A stretch of DNA of 64,000 bases from Tetramitus jugosus (Eukaryota; Protista; Heterolobosea). The position numbers and the translations under genes are program-made. Position 1 is the stretch's first letter. Each line of letters opens with the position of its first letter. Below, in pieces: positions 56,192 to 64,000 of the stretch. The notes beneath the pieces are model-generated. The model saw nothing but the letters and a program-made list of their open reading frames with translations, searched no databases and was not told where the DNA came from. The stretch is from positions 423,224-487,223 of the forward strand of contig OW569370.1 of the NCBI GenBank assembly GCA_937625935.1, read 5' to 3'.

Positions 56192-58399
56192 ATGTCCACG
56201 AACATGAAGCAACATATTATTATTGTGGTGATGACCATCATGGTTTCACTAATGCTCTTCTCTGCAACATCCACCAATGCACAGTGCGTTGGTGTCACTG
56301 GTTACACTTCTGCTGATTGTCCAATAGGAACTCTCCCAAACTCCACAACCATTATTGGATACTTTTCTGGTGATGCCTTCTATGAAGCTGGAATTAGTAC
56401 TACCACTGTTCCAGGTGCTAGTATCTCTGCTGGTGGTAAGATTGGCAATTATTTTCACTCACAAGGAGCTCTGGTTTTAGATTTTGGACCTTCTTTCGTA
56501 GATGACGATGGAATCAACACAATCTCCTTCTTTGCAAAGGTTGAATCTGCACATGACTGGACTACAAATCCAACTGTCTCTGTGGCTACTTTCAAGGCAG
56601 ATGCTGGATCTCGTAGCATCACTGTTCGATTGGTTGCTGCAAACCCCAACATCAATTTAGTTGTCAGTTACGTCTCTGCAGTCAACGAAACAACCACTTT
56701 TACGACTACGTATGCCCTCTCTACAGACACAGTGTTCCATGAGAATTGGAACAACATTGTGATTGTGAGAGCGTCTAGTCCTCTGGTGCCTGTGGAAGGA
56801 GTTTCCATTTTCATCAATGGAAAGCCAACTTCGGATGGTTTGCTCATTGTTGATGGTGATGCACTACAGAGAACTTTTGCCATTGATGCAACTGGTCACC
56901 TTTTTGGAAGTGCTTTTGCCTATATGGATGAAGTTTCCGTTTGGAGCAACTCTGTGCTCGAGATAGATGTACCAAGTATTGCAGGTATCTATGCTGATGG
57001 TTATTGCCCTGGTTGGGACTCAAAGTATGGTGGTTCAGATCCAGTTTTCGCTGCTTCTTATGCCAATGATGTTCTTACTATTGACGTCACCGTTCCCAAG
57101 AGCTCTTATCAAACAGTCCTATACAGAATTGACAACACACCTAATCTGAGAGATGTATGTTTGACAAATGCAGACAGTATTGCAACCAGTGCTGGTGCTA
57201 GCTGGACTGCTGATCCAGAAGTCAAGTGTAGTCAAACATTCTCTCTGAATCAAACTCTGACTCAAATCTACACTGGTGCTGCACCAAATCAGTGGGTAGT
57301 GTCTCTGAAGCAAGGTGGTAGAACTATTGATCAGAAATTGGATATCTATGTCACATATTCTGTCATCAACCCCGATGCATGTTACACTGTGTCTTCAAAG
57401 GTTACCATTACTCTTCAGACATATCTGACTGCGCAAGCTTCGGCTAACTTTACTACTTTGGATGATCAAGCATCATTTGCAATTACCAACATGTTCATCA
57501 ACCCAAATGATGAGTTGGAAATTGCTGGTGCTTTGGTCAGAAAACTTCCAGGTGTCTCATTCAACAACATTCTTCTCACTAGGATGGCCAATAGCGTTTC
57601 GTATACTGGTTCAAGTACTACATGTACCTATTCAACCGGTAATTCTTGTGCTCTAACATTCACCAAGGACTGGAAAGTGTTGAACAGTGGAAATAGAGGT
57701 GTTGGTGGAGATCATTCTTTGACCTTTAACAGAGTGAATGGTGGTGCACTCGAGATTGACTTCACAATGAGCTACACTGTTCCAGGTCAACCTGCTATTA
57801 TCTCGGGAGACACGCTCTCCTCTGTAATCTCATTTTCAACTGCTGACTCTATTTTCAGAACACAGGACACAATGCATTTGACCAATCAATTGGATGGAAC
57901 ACCTACACTGCCAACAAACTACGATTTCACCTTTGTTGAAGGATACTTTTGCTGTGTTCGTTCTCCAAATGCATTACCAATTTATGGAGTGAATGGAAAT
58001 GGTTGTCAAGATGCAGTTCTTGGTAGAAACAATATTGTTGAGAAGACACATTTGCTCCTTGGCTCCACTGGTCTAACTGTGACACAAAAAGTGATTCAAA
58101 GATCATATGCTCTAGACTTGGTTTTGAATAACATGATCACAGTGAGCAGAAAGCCTTTGCAAAACCCATTGACATGTGGATTACTCCTCTTCTCCAATTT
58201 CACTGACACAACACTTGCTAGATCCATCAAAATGGCAGCCAATATTGATTTGCGTAGAGCAATTGTGACTACCACAAGTGTTCTAAGCCTTCATGACGAT
58301 GAAACTACCAAATCCAACAACAGTAGCACGGACAAGATCAATACTTTATTGATTGCTGTTTTGTCCGTTGTCTGTTCTGTTGCTTCAATGTGGCTCTGA
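56192..58399 (+). CDS. Secreted, probably GPI-anchored surface glycoprotein with LamG/ConA-like domain
   Basis: Signal peptide; WNNIVIVR..VSIFINGK..YMDEVSVWS; Thr/Ser-rich beta content; hydrophobic C-terminus. Confidence 0.7.
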   Translation: MSTNMKQHIIIVVMTIMVSLMLFSATSTNAQCVGVTGYTSADCPIGTLPNSTTIIGYFSGDAFYEAGISTTTVPGASISAGGKIGNYFHSQGALVLDFGPSFVDDDGINTISFFAKVESAHDWTTNPTVSVATFKADAGSRSITVRLVAANPNINLVVSYVSAVNETTTFTTTYALSTDTVFHENWNNIVIVRASSPLVPVEGVSIFINGKPTSDGLLIVDGDALQRTFAIDATGHLFGSAFAYMDEVSVWSNSVLEIDVPSIAGIYADGYCPGWDSKYGGSDPVFAASYANDVLTIDVTVPKSSYQTVLYRIDNTPNLRDVCLTNADSIATSAGASWTADPEVKCSQTFSLNQTLTQIYTGAAPNQWVVSLKQGGRTIDQKLDIYVTYSVINPDACYTVSSKVTITLQTYLTAQASANFTTLDDQASFAITNMFINPNDELEIAGALVRKLPGVSFNNILLTRMANSVSYTGSSTTCTYSTGNSCALTFTKDWKVLNSGNRGVGGDHSLTFNRVNGGALEIDFTMSYTVPGQPAIISGDTLSSVISFSTADSIFRTQDTMHLTNQLDGTPTLPTNYDFTFVEGYFCCVRSPNALPIYGVNGNGCQDAVLGRNNIVEKTHLLLGSTGLTVTQKVIQRSYALDLVLNNMITVSRKPLQNPLTCGLLLFSNFTDTTLARSIKMAANIDLRRAIVTTTSVLSLHDDETTKSNNSSTDKINTLLIAVLSVVCSVASMWL

Positions 58400-59647
58400 T
58401 CTTCGTCAGAAAAGAGGTGCCAAGTCAGCAGTGAACAAGTGTTTCAAATGTTGTACAATGCCAAAGGACATGAAATGTTTTAAACCAATAACAAAGTTTC
58501 AGTAAAAATATCATTGTTTTTTGTATTGTTGGAATTTTGCATGGTGATTGCTCTCCTGACCAACCACGTTCGTTGTTAAAAGATACAGCTTACTCAAGTA
58601 CGTTACAACCCAAGAAAGCCAAAAAATGGTGAAGGTGGTCCAGTGAGAACAACCAGGACTTTGATTCTTGTTTTGATTCTTCCTTGAGTTTGCGGCTACT
58701 GGCTTGTATTTTACAGAAACTATTCCTATATAATGAGTTCCACAGACAGCTAGGGTTGCTACCAAGAAGGATCCAGCAGTTGTTGGTGTGACTTTTGCGC
58801 CTGCATTGAACCCAGCTCGAGTGAATCAACTTGCCAAGCCCCTTTTGTCATTTGTGAACGTGCGTTTTATATCCTAATGTCAGTTTGTCTGAATGAATTC
58901 CTTGGTTTTATGAACTATTTTGATGATGGTCAACAGTTGTGTCTGTCTGATCACTGCGGAAACTGTGAATGCCACCCTTACCATACCAACTTAATCTTAT
59001 ATAATAGTAGTTAAAAATAATGACAATCTCTTGCGGAGTTAGGAATGACAACATCTCCTGGAAACTGGATCTTTCGGAACTCAAAGCGACTTTCTCCCCT
59101 TGAAGGAACCAAAAATGTAGTTTTTTCACAGGTGAAGGAACCATAGTGTTTTCATCACCAAATTATTTTTTTCAGAGCTTAAATAATTGATGGGAAAGTG
59201 GGATCAAGGCATTTAAAACAGATCAACTTCTTTTATCGTTGGGTGACGCTTCTCTCAGATGTGTCATCCGACGATGAGCTTCCGCAGTGTTCGCAGTTCA
59301 ACTTGTTCAAAACAAGTGTGTGGTTAGGAGTCAAACGTCTGACATCCGCCTCATCAATTCAATTAACAGAATTACGAGCGCCATTGCATTGACATGAGCT
59401 ACGACAATAACTTCCTGAACAAAAAGCTCTTGATGGTTGATTCTTTTGTTTTGAATCACCCGTGCATCAAAGACCTGTCCGTCACATTACTATCTCTTGT
59501 CCCTTGCTTGCACCAGTATCGCATTTCGTGGATGTGCAGTACTCTCCATGCATTTTGTAGGCAGCATTTGCTTCTCTATGACTATGGTGAACTCTGTTAC
59601 TAAAGAGAGGAAGTTGCTCTCTGTATCTTATGATGTTGCATTGACAG

Positions 59648-60085
59648 TTTTTCAATGTGAATGAGTTGGATGAACATGTGATTTTTAACCAGCTCGAAAA
59701 GAGCAACGACAGCAACAATGGATATGTCCTATTGGAAAAGCTCGATGAGTACTTTGTAACTGCACTATTGGGACGAAAGGATGAGAGGATAGAGTTTGCC
59801 AGTAAGACCGGTATCAACAACAAGAACGCAAAGTTGGTGCACCAATTCTTGCAGACCAATGAGAAAATTCATGAAACATATGTGACGTTTTGTCAAGAAT
59901 GGATTGAAAGAGGGTTTACTCCTATATTTGAGTTCTGTCATGCCAAGAAGAAGATAGTTATCTGTCATGAGGAAACTAAATTGATATAACTGCTTTAAGG
60001 AATAGAGATACTGGTACGTACATCAGATATGAAGATATGGTGGAAGCTGCATCAGATAGAGCTATACCCTTGGGAGTGTTTCAAT
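59648..60085 (+). pseudogene. T4 Rnl1 (RnlA)-type RNA ligase fragment
   Basis: FFNVNE..LLEKLD..FASKTG..TPIFEFC..KIVI.HEETKLI, then after a frameshift TALRNRDTGTYIRYED. The motif order matches Rnl1-like ligases. Confidence 0.6.
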
Positions 60086-60589
60086 GTCATTTTCATAGGA
60101 AATTCTGGCCTGTCGAGAACCATTTCGATTGTAGGACATGATTTCTGTTTGAGTACAAATTACAAAGTAATTTGTTTCGTTGTTGGTATGGTTGTCGTGG
60201 GGCAAACATGTCCAATACGATAAGATCGAAATCTTCTTGGGCACTGGAGATACCTTCAAGTTCTGGCCAAGAGTCAGTAGTGTTCCACTCCAGATTGATC
60301 ACATTTAGACGATTGGTTGTACAAGGAGTACCTTCTTCACACCTCACGATCTGGATGTACTGGGAGATGGATTCTGATGATCTTAATCCCATTTGTGGAG
60401 AGCGACTCTATCATTCATATTAAGATCTATACTCCTCTCTTCAGATATATGTCCCCCAAAACTAGACTGTGTCTTTTCCATCATCCACATCTCTCAGAAG
60501 AAACATGTAGTAGTGATTAATACCTGTTCGAACCAAATCCACTCTCAAAATTGAGGTTGGGGTTGCGTTTGGGGAAGAAGCACAAAGGA

Positions 60590-60875
60590 TTCTCCCGTGC
60601 CGCTTGCTGTGAATATGAGTCATTGAGTGGAAAGCTGGTCATTCAAGTTACTACCAGTACCAATCATTCAGTATTATTGGGAAGATAAAAGCGTAGTTGG
60701 TGGTAGTGGACAAAAGGGTCCGCTGACTCCTGTTGCTGTCGATATGAGCCGTTTACAGGGCAGTATTGTTACTCAAATTGCTGTTGGATATTTGCACACA
60801 GTCATGTTAACGAATGATTCAAAGATTTATAGTTGGGTTTCAAATAGGTTTAACCAATTGGGTAGCGGTTCTTAT
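60590..60875 (+). pseudogene. RCC1-repeat fragment related to the 48-51 kb receptor family
   Basis: TPVAVDMSRLQGSIVTQIAVGYLHTVMLTNDSKIYSWVSNRFNQLGSG resembles VAVDMSKVLLGRTISQIALG. Confidence 0.7.
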
Positions 60876-61779
60876 CAAGATGAACTGACAAGGGTTACTA
60901 GTTTGATCCAAGATTTTTTGCCTGGACTCTGTGTGAACATCGAGGTTGGCATGGAGTACTTTGGGTCTTTTTCCATTCTCTCTTGCACCATTAACAACAA
61001 ATGGCTGCTATAACGAATCAATGTGCCCCATTCATTCTCGCCAAGCAAATCTGACGGGTGATTCTTGATCATGTGCTCAAACAAACACCCAAGACATTTT
61101 AAACCAATGTTGCTTAGGAACTCTCGTCTCCAATGATACCTTTTCCAGTAGCAAATCACTTCTGAAACAATCTTTCTCTTGTATTCAACGTCGATGGGAA
61201 GAGCCATCAACCAATCAATGTTGTTGTTTGTGAGAATGTGGTCCTCAAAATTCATAGCGTGACTGGAGTGGAATTGTCTCTCGAATGGATCCAATATCAA
61301 CCATTCAGAGATGTGGTGTGATTGATTGGCTTCTGGCATGAAGATGTCTTTTCCAACTAATGCCATGTTCAAAATATCAAACTGATCATTTTTGATACTC
61401 ACAAGATACTCTAGTTTGGGGCACAATGACTCGAATGAATGGTTATTCAACAAATCATAGTCCATATATATGACTCTTACTGTTTTGTGATACTTGATGT
61501 ACATGCAGAGCCCTGACCCAAAACGTTCTTTTCGTGTTTCATAGCTTTCATTGGTTGTTTCCGAAGTCGAATCGAATGGACATTCGCCGTGTGTGGTTCT
61601 TGCAACGAAAATATTTCATCTTTGTTTCCACAAAAGACATATCCACGGGCAATAAACTCATCCAGTCCTTTTGGTGTGTTGTCAAAATGCTTCAAACATC
61701 TTCTGTTAATGCCTCTGTAGCGAAAGTGTTGGTTTGTGTGAATGTACAACAAAATGGAATGAACCAAACAGTCTTCCAT
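60875..61779 (-). pseudogene. Frameshifted hypothetical gene (two overlapping ORFs; possible degenerate F-box N-terminus)
   Basis: ORFs 61477-61779 and 60875-61504 overlap in different frames. The 3' end runs into the RCC1 fragment. Confidence 0.35.
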
Positions 61780-62161
61780 TTGTGTTCTGCCTGAAGGATT
61801 GGTTTTTGTGATCTCTCACCCAAGTTCGGCCTGCCTTTTAAGGCTTATCGGAATTATTTGACATCTGTGCGTGAAAAGTGATTATTCTTCGCCCCAAAGT
61901 TACACATCCGAAAGCTTTATCGTATCACAACACAAAAAACAACAAACAAATGGTTCCTAAACCAGAGAAGTCGGTTGTTGCAAAGAGATTGTTCAATACT
62001 ATATAGCTGCAACAGCAAGTAATTTGTCCAGTAGTGTATTGAGGCACATTAATACACAAACGAACCAATTGTCCAAGGAAACGGATTTCAATTGAGGGTC
62101 TTCTTTAAACTTAGCTTCAACTCGGAATCGATAAGAGACGTCTCTTATCATCTTTGTCCAC

Positions 62162-62182
62162 TGGGTTGGGTTTGGGTTTGGG
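62162..62182 (+). repeat. Short interstitial telomere-like tract
   Basis: TGGGTTGGGTTTGGGTTTGGG about 1 kb inside the terminal array. Confidence 0.7.
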
Positions 62183-63161
62183 GATACATCCTGGATTCCC
62201 CAACCTAAGGAAACGATTTCCTTATATAGTAATTTTTTTTTTGAGATTTTTTATTACTCTAGGAGCTTCAGCTGGTTGAGGTGAAGAGATTGGCGAGGTT
62301 TTCAACTCGATTTGAGCTTTATCGGCTCGTAGAGCCGATATATCTGTGCTGTATTTAACAGATTTTTATCGGCAACAGTGGTAAAACTGCAACAGATTTT
62401 AGACGATTTTGATTCTGTACTGGAGATAAGACGTACTAGTGACAAATGATTTCTTTGTTTTAGATCAGAGTATTGGGACATTATTTGATCATTTTTAACA
62501 TGATTTCCTACTAACTCTATTTTTTGACTTGATGTCTTATGACTTGATGTTTCTGAAATTTTGACTGACTTGATTTCGCGTTTTTAGGAATAGAATCGGC
62601 AGTTTTTATTATAGAATCACAGTAGAATCAGATATTCTATGTATTATTGAGACCTTTCGCTTTAAAATCCTGTAAGTCAGTGAAATAGTGAAGTTTCAAA
62701 TCTGAATCTAGCTTGAAGATCCAAAGGGTCAGAAATACAGACTACTAGCTTTTCTGAATGACAATTCAGATTTATAGATGTAATAGACTGGAAAGCTTTT
62801 TCAAAAGTTCTTCTTATAAGAGATTTGAACTCTGACAGTATGAGAACTCAAATTTTGTGTTTTTCTTGAATGCAGAGTTGAATACCCAGACCCAACCCAT
62901 CATAACTGAAGAGAAGTAGGAATGATTACTCATTCAACATATATTGACTCACTATATTGCTTCAAAAACATCCAGATGTTGAGCATTGAATGAGAGAATT
63001 TCCGTTTTCGACAAAGAGTAAGGAGCGAAAGTCAAGAGATGGATAAAGAAATGGAATGAGTGATTTGAGCTTTCATTAATCATGTTTGATCAGAATTTAG
63101 ATGATAGATCGATTTTGTTTTGAATTTGGATGAAGTTTTTGATTTTTGAAAAGAAAGTGAA

Positions 63162-64000
63162 TTTGGGTTTGGGTTTGGGTTTTGGTTTTGGTTTTGGTTT
63201 TGGTTTGGGTTTGGGTTTGGGTTTGGGTTTGGGTTTGGGTTTGGGTTTGGGTTTGGGTTTTGGTTTTGGTTTGGGTTTGGGTTTGGGTTTGGGTTTGGGT
63301 TTGGGTTTGGGTTTGGGTTTGGGTTTGGGTTTGGGTTTGGGTTTGGGTTTGGGTTTGGGTTTGGGTTTGGGTTTGGGTTTGGGTTTGGGTTTGGGTTTGG
63401 GTTTGGGTTTGGGTTTGGGTTTGGGTTTGGGTTTGGGTTTGGGTTTGGGTTTGGGTTTGGGTTTGGGTTTGGGTTTGGGTTTGGGTTTGGGTTTGGGTTT
63501 GGGTTTGGGTTTGGGTTTGGGTTTGGGTTTGGGTTTGGGTTTGGGTTTGGGTTTGGGTTTGGGTTTGGGTTTGGGTTTGGGTTTGGGTTTGGGTTTGGGT
63601 TTGGGTTTGGGTTTGGGTTTGGGTTTGGGTTTGGGTTTGGGTTTGGGTTTGGGTTTGGGTTTGGGTTTGGGTTTGGGTTTGGGTTTGGGTTTGGGTTTGG
63701 GTTTGGGTTTGGGTTTGGGTTTGGGTTTGGGTTTGGGTTTGGGTTTGGGTTTGGGTTTGGGTTTGGGTTTGGGTTTGGGTTTGGGTTTGGGTTTGGGTTT
63801 GGGTTTGGGTTTGGGTTTGGGTTTGGGTTTGGGTTTGGGTTTGGGTTTGGGTTTGGGTTTGGGTTTGGGTTTGGGTTTGGGTTTGGGTTTGGGTTTGGGT
63901 TTGGGTTTGGGTTTGGGTTTGGGTTTGGGTTTGGGTTTGGGTTTGGGTTTGGGTTTGGGTTTGGGTTTGGGTTTGGGTTTGGGTTTGGGTTTGGGTTTGG
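63162..64000 (+). repeat. Telomeric repeat array (TTTGGG)n with proximal TTTTGG variants
   Basis: About 840 bp of tandem TTTGGG to the end of the window, G-rich strand running 5'->3' outward. TTTTGG variants occur at ~63180-63203 and ~63258-63268. Confidence 0.98.

Noticed and set aside
63162-64000. CRISPR array or simple satellite
   Set aside because: No spacers. Terminal position and G-strand orientation indicate a telomere.
1-64000. Alternative genetic code (ciliate-type) suggested by the telomere repeat
   Set aside because: Conserved proteins end properly at TAA/TAG/TGA, and long ORFs are uninterrupted under the standard code.

Overview
This is the terminal 64 kb of a gene-dense eukaryotic chromosome, ending in a (TTTGGG)n telomere at 63162-64000. 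It uses the standard genetic code and has few, short GT-AG introns, some with CTAAC/CTAAT-like branch points. Gene content and architectures (cyclase-RGS fusion, repeat-EGF-TM-TKL kinase, bacterial-type solute-binding proteins) suggest a free-living protist, plausibly a heterolobosean (Naegleria/Acrasis-like); this is an inference. The left ~47 kb carries mostly intact housekeeping and signalling genes: Vps72/YL1, neurofibromin, tRNA-Ala, Vps11, a SPRY/HECT-like giant, MATE, PACS, RPSA, eIF3j, DHHC and an ABCB transporter. The last ~19 kb shows increasing pseudogene debris. The most unusual items are: (1) a cluster of surface-anchored bacterial-type solute-binding proteins beside a NIT-sensor/pseudo-cyclase/RGS receptor; (2) a Kelch-F-box-Rho GTPase fusion with a Q61P-equivalent change; (3) a tail-anchored eIF4E-like protein lacking the WED cap motif; (4) a decayed retroelement-like array starting ~40 bp upstream of the tRNA gene; (5) a subtelomeric T4-Rnl1-type RNA ligase relic. 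All family assignments come from motif recognition by eye; no searches were run.
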